Counted from the first letter of the stretch, positions 1 to 14,006 are shown. The stretch: DNA of 64,000 nt from Octopus vulgaris (GCA_951406725.2 OX597834.1:21204001-21268000), one strand, 5' to 3'. The notes: generated by a model not told the origin, from the sequence alone. Numbers and translations are program-made.

Positions 1-3
1 GAA

Positions 4-34
<31 letters not shown>

Positions 35-828
35 GCGACTGGTAAAAGTAACAAATATTTTCGTACCTCACCCCCACTCTCTCAGGCTCATCTCGCCCAA
101 CCACCCCTACCATTCATTCTATCATTGGTATAGGCATCCTTGTCACCCCGCACCGCCAGCTTCCTTCCGATTTTACAGAGTGAGATTTGTCACGGTGGTG
201 GTGGTGGTGATGGTCGTGGCGGGAGTGGTAAGATGGCAAAAGCGATGACAAAACGACGGTGTTGACGATGATGATGATGATGACAATGACAGCAGCAACA
301 GCCCCAGACGTGGTCGGTTGGGTGGTGGCGCTGGAGATGCGCCGGTCGCGATTGTCATTGACGCAATCTGATCAATGGCTTCAATGACATCTCCAAATTA
401 TGATATCTTTGATACAGAACGGGGCCATCACTTCTTCTCTATCTCTTCGTTTATCTATCAATCTATCTATCCATCTCTTCCCTATCTCTCCCCTTATCTA
501 TCAATTTATCTCTCTATCTCTCTATTTATCTCTCTCTCTGACTATCTATCTGTCTATCTGTCTAGACATCTATATCTTTATCTCTGTTTCTCTCTCTCTC
601 TCAATCTCTATACTGATGACCTTCGCCATCACCCCCACCACCACCTCCACCACAATCGGCTACACTTACCCTCCTCCCCATCTTCTTTTCCATCCGAATT
701 CCAATAGACAGATGAATAAATGGATGGATGGATGGATGATCGGATGGAATTTCTCCGTAAACACCATATTTATTCACACACACACATATGTATGTGTGTG
801 TATGTATATATACATATATATATACATA

Positions 829-883
<55 letters not shown>

Positions 884-1418
884 GCGTCTGTATTCATTTG
901 GTTTCCTGCATATTTTCCTTCTCCGACCCCCAAATCCCCTCCTAAACCAAGATGGAATCAATCAGTGCATGTTGGAACTGTTTTATATTTATCACACACA
1001 AAATGTAAAACAAAATTATTGTCAGTGATAAAAGATAAAAAAAAAAAATTGCCTGTATAAACGTATCAAGATATATTAAACATTACACATATTTGCAAAC
1101 TATTCACACACACACACACATACATACACATATACACACACAGATATATCAATAATATATCACTCATATATACATCTATAACTGTGTAACCTTTGATGGT
1201 AGCTAATAGGTTCAGGCATAGCTGTGTGGTTAAAAGTATGCTTCCCAGCCACATGGTTCTGGGTTCAATCCCACTGTGTGGTATCTTAGCTTGTTCAGCT
1301 TGAGCCTATAGTAAAAGCCATTCATAAAAGAATTATTTCTTTTATGAATAGAAAAAGATAAAACTCAAACATAGTCCTGTATTTAATGAAGCACACACAC
1401 ACATACAAATATTCTTTA

Positions 1419-1800
1419 GTGTGGCTGTGTGGTAAGAATTTTACTTTCCAGCTACATGGTTCTGGGTTCAGTCCCACTGTGTGGCATGTTGGGCAAATGC
1501 CTTCCACTTTAGTCTCGGGTCTACTGAAATCTTGTAAGTGGATTTGGTTGACAGAAACTGAAAGAAGCTCATTGTATGTATGTGTGTGCATGCGTGTGTG
1601 TGTGTGTGTTTGTCCCCTGCAATCGCTTGACAACCGGTATTGGTATGTTTATGTCCCTGTAACTTAGTGGTTCAGCAAAAAAGCCTGATAGAGTAAATAC
1701 CAGGCTTAAAAAAAATAAGCACCTAGGTTAATTCCTTTGACTAAACTCCTTCAAGGTGGTGCCCCAGCATGGCCACAGCTTAATGACTGAAACAAGTAAA
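1419..1800 (+). mobile_element. SINE family A (tRNA-like head, internal TA/TG tract), decayed near-full copy
   Basis: Aligns by eye along its length to the copy at 37352-37760, from gtggctgtgtggtaag to gactgaaacaagtaaa. Confidence 0.85.
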
Positions 1801-2464
1801 AAAAACAAAAAACACACGTATATATGTGCATGTGCATTCCTTGGATTTTCTTAATCTCATCCGTATTGGATCCGCCATTACCATCCATATCCAAGGCTGA
1901 TGGCATGACCTTTAGTTTCATAGTATTATCCTAAATGCCAAAACTGCAAATTCCTTTTGTCAGGAAATCTGACGAAAGGGAAACTCCCAGCTCTTTCCCT
2001 TTGCACTGTGTCACCTCGTTTTGTACCTTTCCTTACGAATACACACATACCCAGACAAACACTGACACACACACACATTCTTGCATTAGGAGACACAACC
2101 TATTTCCATTATGGAGTCCCAATCAACCGTTCATCTCGTTACTGTACAAACATTAGTATCAAAGACTCCAGTTACTGTTGTTGTACTTATTGCACTAACT
2201 CAGGCCCTGGTATTTTCATTAATCTAATTGCAGTCAAACGAACACTGCACTCTAATAAGTTTATTGTTATCACTATTATTATTGTTGTTATTGTAGTTGT
2301 TGTTGCTAACAATGACAGTGAGCTGGCAGAATCATTAGAACATGAGAAAAATGCATCACAGAATAAAGGATGGCACTCTTCTGCAGGTCATCATGCATAT
2401 CTCTGTTCCAATATCCTTTAGTCTCTTAGACAGCATTTAGAGGATTGTGCCAAAATATCTTGCT

Positions 2465-2862
2465 TCTTTTATCTTTTACTTGTTTTAGTCATTTGACTGC
2501 GGCCATGCTGGAGCCCCGCCTTTAGTCGAGCAAATCGACCCCCGGGATTTATTCTTTGTAAGCCCAGTGCTTATTCTATCGGTCTCTTTTGCCGTACTGC
2601 TAAGTGACGGGGACGTAAACACACCAGCATCGGTTGTCAAGCAATGCTAGGGGGACAAACACAGACACACAAACATATACACACACATACACATATATAT
2701 GACAGGCTTCTTTCAGTTTCCATCTACCAAATCCACTCACAAGGCATTGGTCGGCCCGAGGCTATAGCAGAAGACACTTGCCCAAGATGCCACGCAGTGG
2801 GACTGAACCTGGAACCATGTGGTTGGTAAGCAAGCTACTTACCACACAGCCACTCCTGCGCC
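2465..2862 (-). mobile_element. SINE family A, full-length copy
   Basis: Reverse complement closely matches 37352-37760, from ggcgcaggagtggctgtgtggtaag to the gtaaaaga tail. Confidence 0.92.
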
Positions 2863-2966
2863 TAAATACCACCAAAATAATTATCATCTTTGGCTTCTGA
2901 AATTTCTCCATTTCTTCATTTCTCTTGTTAGGTCCCGCTATTTCTCAGTTTTTCTCAATTTTAAGG

Positions 2967-3412
2967 GAGTGAGGCTGGCAGAATCGTTAGCACCCCAGGT
3001 GAAGTACTTAGCGGTATTTCGCATGTCTTTATGCTCTGAGTTCAAATTCCGCCGAGGTTGACTTTGCCTTTCTTCCTTTCAGGATCGATAAATTAAGTCC
3101 TGGTTGCATTCTGGGATCAATCTAATCGACTGGCCCCCTCCTCCCCCAAAATTTCAGGCCTTGTGCCTAGAGTAGAAAAGATTATATTATTGTTTCAAGG
3201 CAGCAAACTGGCAGAAACGTTAGCATGCCGGGCGAAATGCTTAGCGGTATTTTGTCTGTCTTTACATTCTGAGTTCAAATTCTGCTGAAGCTGACTTTGC
3301 CTTTCATACTTTCAGGGTTGACAAAACAAGTACCAGTTGAGTGCTGGGGTTTATGTAATCGACTTATCCCCTCTTGTGAAATTGCTGGCTGTGTGCCAAA
3401 GTTCTTCTTCTT

Positions 3413-3486
<74 letters not shown>

Positions 3487-3722
3487 TATTATTAGTAGTA
3501 GTAGTAGTAGTATTGTGTGGTGGTGGTGGTGAGCTGGCAGAGTTAGTACTGGATAAAGTGCTAAACAGCAGCACTTCTGGCTTTTTTGGGTTCAGATTCC
3601 ATTTTGTAAACTTTACTTTTAATCCTCTTGGGGTCAATGATATAAGCACCGGTTGAGCACCAGGGTCAACGTAAACGACTTATCTCCTCCCTTGAACTTG
3701 CTGGCCTGGTGCCAAAATTTGA
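2967..3722 (+). mobile_element. Cluster of three SINE family B copies (about 2967-3185, 3198-3400, 3528-3722) separated by microsatellites
   Basis: Each has gctggcagaa..gttagcac..ttcaaattc..gactttgcctttcatcc..aagtaccag; (CTT)n, (CAT)n and (TAG)n lie between them. Confidence 0.88.
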
Positions 3723-4476
3723 ATCATCATCATCATCATACTTTAAGAGAAAGCAGCTACAACCATGAGCATTTATGGACTCTGCTCCAGACTGGTCGCT
3801 AAGTTGATGTATTTTGATATTCATGTTCAACTGTTGCAAGGTGATGACTGCATTAAAAACCATGAGGAAATTAGGGAAGAGATTTCAGTGGGATCAAGTT
3901 TTGAAGAGGAAGGATTGGGTGAAAAAAAATGCACAAAATGCGACATGGTGCAATGATTAAGGGGACGCAATATGGGCTGTGAAACAATAGATAGATGACC
4001 ATTGTGCCATGTGGCCTTGTCACGTAAAAAAATCCTGTGTTTGCATTATCTTAACAACATCAAAATTAGAAATATGACAGTCTTGATTAATGTGGAAGTG
4101 TTCAATAAGTTCCTTATCAGAATGATTGATAATTAATTCTGAGAAAATATTGCATGAGAGGAAGTGATGTGAATTTATTTGAAGATCAAATGCTCCTGGC
4201 AACCACCTGCTGTTTCACACGTAAATTACATCAATGGTTGTACTAATGGAAACTTATGTTTGGTAGTACACTAACACAATTACATGCAATACTATTGCTG
4301 GAGTTAATTAAACAATTTATATAACTTTTGGGAATAGCTAACTTAATTAGGTTTTGTTTTCTTTTTTTAATTAAGGAATTGAATTTTGTTGCAGTTAAAG
4401 GAAAAAATGAATGTTTTCTTTTTCGGTATTCAGTTTATTTAAAACTAACTTTATCTATAAAGAATGTCTTTCATTA

Positions 4477-4735
4477 AATATTCAGTTTACAGTCATAAAA
4501 AAGTGAAAGTAAATTTTCTTAAAAAAATTGAAAGTAAATTGCAGTAGAAACTGGAAGTGACATTCTGTTATCTTACAATAATATATGAGATACTTGTGGA
4601 TGTAGCACAATGAGGGAGTTCTTTATGTTCTTATCAGGAAATTTTGGGTCGTCACTACCAGTTTCTATAGCAATTTACTTTCATGTTCTCTAGGACAATT
4701 TACTTTCACTATTTTATTACCATAAACTGCATGTT
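4477..4735. mobile_element. Old fold-back/MITE-like element with about 85-bp imperfect inverted repeats
   Basis: cagttta..aaaagtgaaagtaaatt..tgaaagtaaattgcagtagaaactggaagtgac pairs with gtcactaccagtttctatagcaatttactttca..aatttactttcactttt..taaactg. Confidence 0.7.
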
Positions 4736-5722
4736 AACCCATTCTTCTTTCTCTCAGTGGTTTTGGGGTTAAATGAAATACAAATATGAATGTAACTATT
4801 AACCCTCTCTTGGGGTTGTTAATTTCCGTGATAGCGATATTGCCAATGTATATAATATGAACAAACAGTTGAATTAGGCCACATGTTCATTCAAGGTTTA
4901 TATTTTCTTTTCCACTTTGTATATTATAGCTTCTTCCTCTTAGTTTGTTTTCCCTTCTCCTTTTCTGTATTAATGAGATCAACTTATAACTTGCTTTTAT
5001 TAGCAAGTGGTTAGTTTTGTAAATAAATTGAATAATAACAAGTCAATTAGAAAGTAATTAATACTGCAGTGTAAGCAGTTAGTTTACCTGATATTTAATA
5101 TTATAATTAACCAAACTGAAAATTCCTGCAAGTAATTTGAGTAAAGCTTAGCTTTGTTAAATTAAAATTTAATCCATTCATTTCCTATTTTCATAATTAA
5201 TTACACACACAGACACACACACAAATGTAGGTATTAATGTGAGAGATCAAATAGGGGACACTAAAATAGTCTCACATTTCACAGGGTGACAGATGTTTTA
5301 TAAGCAGATATGTTTGCTTTTAAAATTGAAAATTTTATTTGAAAAACATCCATTTTTCAGAAAGAAAGTGGGTGGAGGTACGCTTCTGTAGTTATACAGG
5401 AAATTTTTGTCCTTATAATAGAAACATTCTCAAAAAAAAAAAAAGTGGTTTTAAAAGGCTTTCTGTTAAAACGTTTCCTTTAATTAAAAGATACAATTAT
5501 TTTGCTGCCCTTTTGTCTACTGTGAGTAGACAAAAATATAATTGGCATTAGTGAGCCAAAGTTTTTTTTGACTAACAAGCAAACACACACACACACATAC
5601 ATATACATATGTGCACATACACACACATACACATACAGAAACACACGGAGACATGCATACACACAATCACACACACTTTTTGAGCTCCTCTTGTATAACT
5701 ACGTGGTTTGAATGACTTAAAG

Positions 5723-5791
5723 CTGTGGTTCCCAACCTGGGGTCCGTGGACCCTTGGTTGTCCTCGAAGCTAGTAATGGGGGTCCGTGAAC
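5723..5791. mobile_element. hAT-like MITE terminal fragment
   Basis: gtggttcccaacctggggtcc resembles the terminus of the hAT-like MITE at 19910. Confidence 0.45.
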
Positions 5792-6020
5792 TACAGGGTG
5801 GCCCAAAAGTAGGTTTACAGTTATTCAACTATCTCTTTCTCATTCATAAATTAACAGTTTAGATCTTAATTATCAAAAAAATATGAAACCATTATTCTAT
5901 GCTAATTTAGTTAATTTTGTTAAGCTCCCCTTTTCAGTTTGTAAGACAGATATTTAAATGTAATAAGATGTTTTAAAAGAAATCTAAAGTGCCTACGTGA
6001 TAGCTGTAAACCTACTATTC
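5792..6020. mobile_element. Tc1/mariner-type MITE with truncated right end
   Basis: Starts TA-cagggtggccc; agtaggtttacagtta is inverted as tagctgtaaacctact near 6001-6016. Confidence 0.6.
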
Positions 6021-6065
6021 AAAATTTCATATATATATATATATATATATATACAAATCATTCAA

Positions 6066-6102
6066 ATCTGAAGAGTCTACTAGAATAGATGCAAGCGTTA
6101 AT
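6066..6102 (+). ncRNA. Degenerate minimal type-I hammerhead motif in a TA-embedded repeat (about 6054-6190)
   Basis: CTGAAGA-GTCTA-ctagaa-TAGAT-GCAA(for GAAA)-GCGT-TA; the host repeat is homologous to 18155-18296 on the - strand. Confidence 0.6.
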
Positions 6103-6196
6103 ATATGATTTATAGAAACATGTGACATATTAATAAAAATCTGTAAATATAAAACCATCCAGATTTCTGAGTACCTTATTTCTTCTAATATATATA

Positions 6197-6245
<49 letters not shown>

Positions 6246-6262
6246 GTGTGTGTATATACATG

Positions 6263-6310
<48 letters not shown>

Positions 6311-6644
6311 GTGAGAATTTACAAAAGAAAAAAGGAAAAAAAGACGAAGATGGGTGTATAAACAACAATATAAGTACTGGGGTCAATTTGCTTAGATAAA
6401 ACCCTTCAAGGTGTTGCCCCAGCATGGTCACAGTCCAGTGACTAAAACAAGGGAAAGGTGAAAGACAAAAGACACACACACACACATGCACACACTCAGA
6501 GTCTTAAACTTCAATAACTGATAACATCACCACATGATACTATTCGGCAATCAGGGATTCAAAGGGGATGCGTGCTTGTTCCATGCCATGTAATTTCGGA
6601 AAATAAAAGGAAATATAACTTTGCAATCAATTCTTTTTGTTCTT

Positions 6645-6908
6645 GCCACCACCACTACCACCACTACCACCACCACCGCCACCGCTACCACCACCGCTAC
6701 CACCACCGCTACCACCACCACCACCACCACCACTACGGCTAACACCACCGCTACCACCACCGCTACCACCACCACTACCACCACCACTACCACCACCACC
6801 ACCACCACCATCTACCACCACCACCACCACTACCACCACCGCTACCACTACCACCAACACCACCACCACACCACCACCACTACCACCACTGCCACCATCA
6901 CCACCATC
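6645..6908. repeat. (ACC/ACT/GCT)n compound trinucleotide repeat
   Basis: Direct reading; source of the poly-Thr, poly-Pro and poly-Val pseudo-ORFs. Confidence 0.95.
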
Positions 6909-7249
6909 CTTTTGTATTAGATTGAGTTAAAGCATTGCTTTTGTCTCCTCTTTATTCTTAGTAAATAATCTCACTTTTAATAAGTCTTCAACATGTTTTC
7001 AGATCAATATATCAATATTGATCTTTCTGCCTTTGGAACGTGACCACACATTCTGAAGTTAGCGACGTGACTTTGATGCCGCCACAGCAGCCGCAGCCGA
7101 CAATATTTTGCAACCATCGTCCAAAATGTCAGTCAATAAATATTCTTGTGTTTTGCCGCTGACATCTGAAAAGCCGACATAATGAGCCAAATAAGGAAAT
7201 TCGCATGCTTGCCAAACACATTAAACTTCCTGTTTATCTGGTTTCTTTT

Positions 7250-8420
7250 GTGATTTAATTCAATATTGGATGGCGTGGCATCACAGAAACTTGGTAAAAA
7301 TTTTCTCTCAGAAGCAAATTTGAACATCGACAAAGAGAATTGTTGAGAATTAGTTGAAGCTTATGGTTTTCCAGTCTTGCTAGAAATAAAGATATACGTC
7401 TTTAAAATTTAAAGCATTTATTAACAAGGCCTTGAGTCTGTGATGTTGCCAAGTGTTCATTCCTGCTCCAAATATATTGTAGCTGGCAGAATTGTTAGTA
7501 TGCCGGGCGAAACGCGTAGCCGTATTTCATCTGCCATTACGCTCTGAGTTCAAATTCCGCCGAGTTCGACTTTACCTTTCATCCTTTCGGGGTCGATAAA
7601 TAAAGTACCAGTTTCACATTGGGGTCGATGTAATCAACTTAATCCGTTTGTCTGTTCTTGTTTGTCCCCTCTGTGTTTAGCCCCTTGTGGGCAGTAAAGA
7701 AATAGGTATTTCGTCTGCTGTTACGTTCTGAGTTCAAATTCCGCCGAGGTCGACTTTACCTTTCATCCTTTCGGGGTCGATAAATAAAGTACCAGTTTCG
7801 CATTGGGGTTGATGTAATCGACTTAATCCGTTTGTCTGTTCTTGTTTGTCCCCTCTGTGTTTAACCCCTTGTGGGCAGTAAAGAAATATATATTGTAGAC
7901 GGAATAGGAACAACTGCAGAATTTTCGTGAGTTAATTCAATATTGGACAGTAACATGACATAAATTTGGTAGAAATTTTCTCTCAGAAGAAAATTTGAAC
8001 ATTGATAAAGAAATCTGTTGGGAATAAGTAGAAAGTTATTGTGTTGTAGCCTCACTAGAATTTTTACAGCTAGAAATAAAAATGTGTCTTTAAAATTTAA
8101 TGCATTTGTTTATATGGCCTCGAGTTTAAGATATTGCCAAGTGTTAATTCATGGCCCACTTATACGCTATAGGTAGAATAAAAACAGTTGCAGAATTTCC
8201 ATGATTTAATTTAGTATTTGACTGCATGGCACCACATAATCTTGGTAAGAATTTTCTCTCAGAAGCAAATTTGAACATTGATAAAATAAATTGTTGAGAA
8301 TTAGTGGAATCTTATGGTTTTCTAACCTCTCTAGAATTTTTACTACAAGAAATAAAAATGTATGTCTTTAAAATTCAATGCATTTATTTATAAGGAATGT
8401 TGCCAAACGTTCATTCCTGT
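7250..8420. repeat. Diverged tandem triplication of an about 270-bp unit, first unit interrupted by a SINE B dimer
   Basis: ttggta..aattttctctcagaag.aaatttgaacat and gtctttaaaatt.aa.gcattt recur near 7290, 7966 and 8241. Confidence 0.85.
7483..7887 (+). mobile_element. SINE family B head-to-tail dimer with 11-bp target-site duplication
   Basis: Two near-identical bodies; atatattgtag at 7472-7482 and 7888-7898. Confidence 0.9.
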
Positions 8421-8901
8421 ATATGTGGTGTAGGAATTAACACTCTTAGACTCAAAGCCTTATAAATAAAGTGATGCAAAGTGTCAATTGCTTGCAGTCC
8501 ACTGCAAAAACATGTCTGGTCTGCTTGTTGATTGATAATGTAGCACATTGTTACATCACTTGGAAACAAGAAAGGCATCCAGCCATAGAAACCCTACCCT
8601 GGCATACTTTCACTTGACCTTTGCAAATATGGAATGGAAAAGTCAACATTAAAACGATGGTGGTGACTTACATATATTCTTGAAAGGATCGGTTTATTTT
8701 CTTGCTGTGCAAAAAAATGGGATGGCTCACCAAACACCAGGCCCTCTCCCAGTTGTTTTATATGGGTTAAGCACCAGCGTTTAGAGATTTGTGGTATGCG
8801 AAAATATAAAATTGAATCTCCATCATCATCATCATCATCACTGTCGGCGTCATTCTTACCATCATTCTCGTCCTCCTCTTCCTCCTCCTCATCACCATCA
8901 G

Positions 8902-8933
<32 letters not shown>

Positions 8934-9639
8934 CTGTTAATGTCAGAGCAAAAACAACGATAAGGAAATTTCAGATTTTTTTTCTTTCCTTATTTTGTTT
9001 TCAAGTATTTCCTCAACCATCTTCAGAAAATTTATTTTCCTCTCAACTTTATATAAATTCATATTTGTTTGTTTTTACTCTAAAATAAAAATAAAATAAT
9101 TATGGTCACAGCTCTTGAACTGAAACTAGTTAAAGAGTTAATTAAATAAAAACAAACGAATAATTATTCCCTTATCAAAATATTTTACACTATTATTATT
9201 TTTCTCGTTTGTTATAAAAAAAATTATCATAGTAGTTGAAAATTTGTATCTTGTTCTTTTTGTATGTGTGTGTTTCGGTTTCCACATGTTACATTACTTA
9301 AAATAGGTACAGGTATAGCCATGTGGTGCAGGCATAGCCATGTGGTGCAGGCATAGCCATGTGGTGCAGGCATTAGCTCTGTAGCCATGTGGTTTCTGGT
9401 TTTGTTCCATTGTGTGGAACTTTCGGTATGTGTCTTCTTTGACTTTTAGCTTTGGACCGACCCTTGCTGGGTGAGAGGAATTTTGCAGATGTGCATATAA
9501 CCACAGGTGCTATCCACAAGTGTGCATGACCTGTTGACTCATACCATGACAAGACACAACTAAGACTGCTTGCTGCACTTTAGTGCAAGCAATTGCATAT
9601 GTAAATGCAGTCACACACACACACACACACACAAATCAT

Positions 9640-9870
9640 TATCACCATCTTAATGTTCACTTTTCCATGCTCATTTGAGTCAGATGGAATTTACCAAGGC
9701 AGATTATCCACAGCTGGATGCCCTTGCTGTTGCCAACCCTTACCCATTTCCATATAAGATAATATTTCTCCATGGCCAGACATGTTTTCACAGAAGATTG
9801 CAAATGAGCGACACTGCATGTATCACAGTGACGTTCATTTATGACTATCACTAGATGTCAAGACAAGGAG
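9640..9870 (-). mobile_element. SINE family C-related copy with (GAT)n-type tail
   Basis: aatgttcacttttccatgct..cagctggatgccctt..gccaacc; related copies near 26220-26455, 30230-30460, 35690-35925 and 44320-44520. Confidence 0.7.
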
Positions 9871-10061
9871 ATGCAAACATACATGCATATGCACGCACAC
9901 AACACACACACACATACATATAAGTGTGTGTGGGTGTATGTGTATACATGCATATATATGCACATTCATTTACACACACGCACACACATACACATACACA
10001 CACATATATGACAGGCTTCTGTCAGTTTTCAGCAACCAAACTTAATCAGTATGTGTTGACC

Positions 10062-10280
10062 AGCTGGCAGAAACGTTAGCACGCTGGGCGAAATGCGTAG
10101 CCGTATTTCGTCTGCCATTACGTTCTAAGTTCAAATTCCGCTGAGGTCGACTTTGCCTTTCATCCTTTCGGGGTCGATAAATTAAGTACCAGTTACGCAC
10201 TGGAGTCGATGTAATCGACTTAATCTGTTTGTCTGTCCTTGTTTGTCCCCTCTGTGTTTAGCCCCTTGTGGGTAGTAAGA
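10062..10280 (+). mobile_element. SINE family B
   Basis: Near-identical to 7483-7706. Confidence 0.9.
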
Positions 10281-10845
10281 AAAAAAAAAATAGAAAACAC
10301 CTTTCTTCTACTATACTAATTCAATCCTGATGTCTTGGGTTCAATCCCACAACATAACACCAAGGTGCCGCACAGTGGGACTGAACCACGAACCACATGC
10401 TTGAGAAATGAACTTCTTAACCACACAGCCATGGCCACATACCACAATTCCAATCCTATGGTAGGAGATTCCTTGCAATGTTTTGTCTTCGCAGTAGGTT
10501 TTTTTTTTGTTTGTTTTCAAATCAGAGAACTGCTCTTGTTCTCCAAGTTGTCAAACAAAAATAAATACCGATTCTTTGGGGATTTCAAGCAGCTTGTGAT
10601 ATACTGGCATCATGGTTATAACTAGAATCATCTGTCATCTATTAATGTCTTTGATACTTAAGCCACATGAGACCAATCCTGGTTCTCTGATATGGAATCA
10701 GCCATTTCTGAAGGAATCGTGTGTAAATGAAGAAAAAAAGAAAAGAGAAAGAAAGAAATCAGCTTCTATTGTACTTTAATGCTGGAGACTTTTGTCTTTA
10801 GTTGTATTACATATAATAATAATAATAATAATAAAAACAATATTA

Positions 10846-11055
10846 ATCCTTTCTACTATAGGCACAAGGCCTGAAATTTTTGGGGAGGGGACTAGTCGAT
10901 TACATTGACACCAGTGTTTCACTGGTTACTTAATTTATTAACCCCGAAAGGATGAAAGGTAAAATCGACCTTGGCGGAATTTGAACTCAGAACGTGAAGA
11001 CAGGCGAAATGCCTCTAAGGATGTCACCCGGCATGCTAACGATTCTGCCAGCTCT
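10846..11055 (-). mobile_element. SINE family B inserted in (TAA)n
   Basis: Reverse complement of family B, with TAA repeats on both sides. Confidence 0.88.
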
Positions 11056-11077
11056 CTGCATTTTAATAATAATAATA

Positions 11078-11110
<33 letters not shown>

Positions 11111-11772
11111 CTTGGTAATTTTAGGCTGATTTCTTCCAACTTTCTTGATCATTTTCCAAAACTATGGCAAACACATCAGCAGTGTTTCTCATCAGAAAGA
11201 AATATAATCATGAACTAATTAATTGAAGGGTTAATTGGTGACATTTTATTAACATGGAAATGCTTAACTCCTGGCAGGGTTATTTTCTTTTTTTCTTTTT
11301 TCTTTTTTCTTTTGATATTTTCTTTATTTTGCTCTTAAATGATATTAATATAACATCTGAACAGAATATCAAAATATTCCACACATGCACACATATATAT
11401 CATAGGACCTTTCTGAATTAGGAACCATCAGTTAAGTATTATCCTATCCGAAAGAAATTATCCATGAAATCAATTAAGCAGTATCAGTTAATGTAATTAC
11501 CATAAAACCGTGAACCCACAAACATGTTCCAAATTATAAGCATGAAGGGTAAGTTCACAATAACGAGACACCAAGATAGAAAAGATTTGCAAACAAGCTG
11601 ATCAAACATAGATCCCCATCATCAGCTGCCCATCTATTATTGCTATGGTGTCGGCACATGGCTAGTACCATTCAGCTATGTGTATATATATGTGTTTGTG
11701 TGTGAGTGTGTGTGTGTGTGTTGGGGTGGGCCAGCCACAAATACAAAGATACACATAATTATAGATAGATAC

Positions 11773-11823
<51 letters not shown>

Positions 11824-11849
11824 AATATATATATACATATATATTGCAT

Positions 11850-12212
11850 GCGTGATTGTGTGGTAAGAAGCTTGCTCCTGACAGCATGTTTCTGGGTTCA
11901 GTCCCACTGTCTGGCACTTTTGCTATAGCCTCAGGCCAACCAAAGCCATGTGAGTGGACTTGGCAGGCAGAAACTGGAAGAGGCCCACCGTATATTTATA
12001 TATATATATATGTGTGTGTATGTGTGAATGTCTTTGTGCTTGATAACTGGTATTGGTGTGTTTATATCCCTGTAATTTAGCAGTTCAGCAAAAGACACTG
12101 ATAGAATAAGTACCGGACTTAGCAAAATATTAAGTCCTGGGACAGATTCATTTGACTAAAACTTCTTCAGCATGGCCACAGTCCAATAGCTGAAACAGGT
12201 GAAAGTAAAAGA
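11850..12212 (+). mobile_element. SINE family A, decayed
   Basis: Matches family A head, core and tail. Confidence 0.8.
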
Positions 12213-12615
12213 TATATAAAAAGCTTCCACACAGTTTCCCCTCTACCAAATACAAGGTCTGGGGTTATAGTAGAAGACACTTGCTCATGGTGCCACATGG
12301 TGGAAGTGAACATGGCTGTAAAGCAAGCTTCCTAAACATGTGGCCATATGTATGCCTGTCTATTTATGTATTTGTGTTGTTGTTCTTTGCTTTCTAGTCT
12401 TTAAATTTCTGCTTCATCTTAAAAAAATGAAATGGTTCTGGGTGTATATACATACATACATGCCTGCATGTATACAAATGCATATCATATCACATATGAA
12501 TATATAAACACAAGGTCTCCCTCCCACATCGAGGAAATGGAATACTTCTTGAAGAAATATAATGTTTAAATGTTCTGTAAGGATATGGTTTACTAGTTAA
12601 ATCACAATTACAGGT

Positions 12616-13010
12616 CATCATCATCGTCATCGTTGCCATCATTGTCATCATCATCATTATCGTCATCATCTTCATTATCGTCATCATCATCATTATCGTC
12701 ATCATCATCATTATCGTCGTTGTCATCATTGTTGTCATCATCATCACCATCATCATCATCAACATCATCATCATCGTCAAAATCATTATCATCATTATCG
12801 CAATCATCTTCATCACCATCGTTGTCATCATCATTATCATTGTCATCATCATCATCATAATCGTCATCATCATCATCATCATCATTATCACTGTTGTCAC
12901 CATCGTCATCATCATCATCGTCAAAATCATCATCATCACCATCGTTGCCGTCATCATTATCATCGTCATCGTCATCATCGTCATCGTCATCATCGTCATC
13001 GTCATCATCA
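12616..13010. repeat. (CAT/CGT)n cryptic trinucleotide repeat
   Basis: Direct reading. Confidence 0.95.
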
Positions 13011-13511
13011 TGATTGTCGGCTGTAAATGGAATCATAATAGGCCAAGCCAGCAATGAGGGCAGAAAGAGGAGGAAGAGAGGCGAGACATTGTGAAAAGCA
13101 TGGCAGGTTTTGCGCTGTAGGTCTTTAAGGAAAAAGATAAACAAACAAATGCATTAAATAACCTAGGATTGTCAGGAAAGCTGTACATGCTTATTACACC
13201 CACACTGACAGACACAGAGAGACATACACGAACATATATATTAGCACGCGTGTGTACGTGTGTGTGTGGAGGAACACCAGGTGACCTTACTGTTAGTGCT
13301 CATGAAGAAATGGTTTCAAATGTACCGCACTTCCTTGAATTAGATAACACTTGTCTGAGACATGGCAAGACAAGCTAGAGCTTGACAAAAATCGTCTGTT
13401 CACTACATGCTGCGTGTATGTGTACTCACATGCACACACACACACACACATATACACGGACATGACAGGCACACATATATACACATACACACATATATGT
13501 ATAGATATATA

Positions 13512-13576
<65 letters not shown>

Positions 13577-13632
13577 ATACACACACATATATATATATAT
13601 ATATACATATATATACATATATATATATGTAG

Positions 13633-13671
<39 letters not shown>

Positions 13672-13830
13672 TATATATATATTTATAAATAAGGATAATA
13701 TCGATATTTAAATATCGATATTATCAAGTGGCCAGCATGGGCCAGAGTCTGGATTTGACTGCTATTTCACCATAGTGGTGTCTCTCAGACACCCTTATTT
13801 TTAGTTGTAAAAAAATTATTACCTTTGTAT

Positions 13831-13875
<45 letters not shown>

Positions 13876-13958
13876 GAATGTGTGTGTGTGTGTTAAATAG
13901 AATACACAACAAAGCCCAGGCTGTGTTAATTTTCAGGACATTTATAAAAAGAAAGTTA

Positions 13959-14006
13959 GTCTTACAGCTGTTTCTGGTATATTAGGGATATCCCTTCACC
14001 AGAGAC
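13959..14006 (-). ncRNA. Type-I hammerhead motif with one core substitution, in a TA-embedded Penelope-like remnant (about 13890-14195)
   Basis: Minus strand reads GTCT-CTGGTGA-agggatatccctaatatacca-GAAA-CAGCTG-TA-AGAC; stem I GTCT/AGAC, palindromic stem III ACAGCTGT. Confidence 0.7.

Noticed and set aside
3765-4010. Possible decayed RTE 3' end
   Set aside because: Only a vague resemblance; no motif I can firmly align
7003-7127. Possible + strand exon after ttttcAG
   Set aside because: Stops in all three frames and a weak donor; a non-coding exon cannot be excluded
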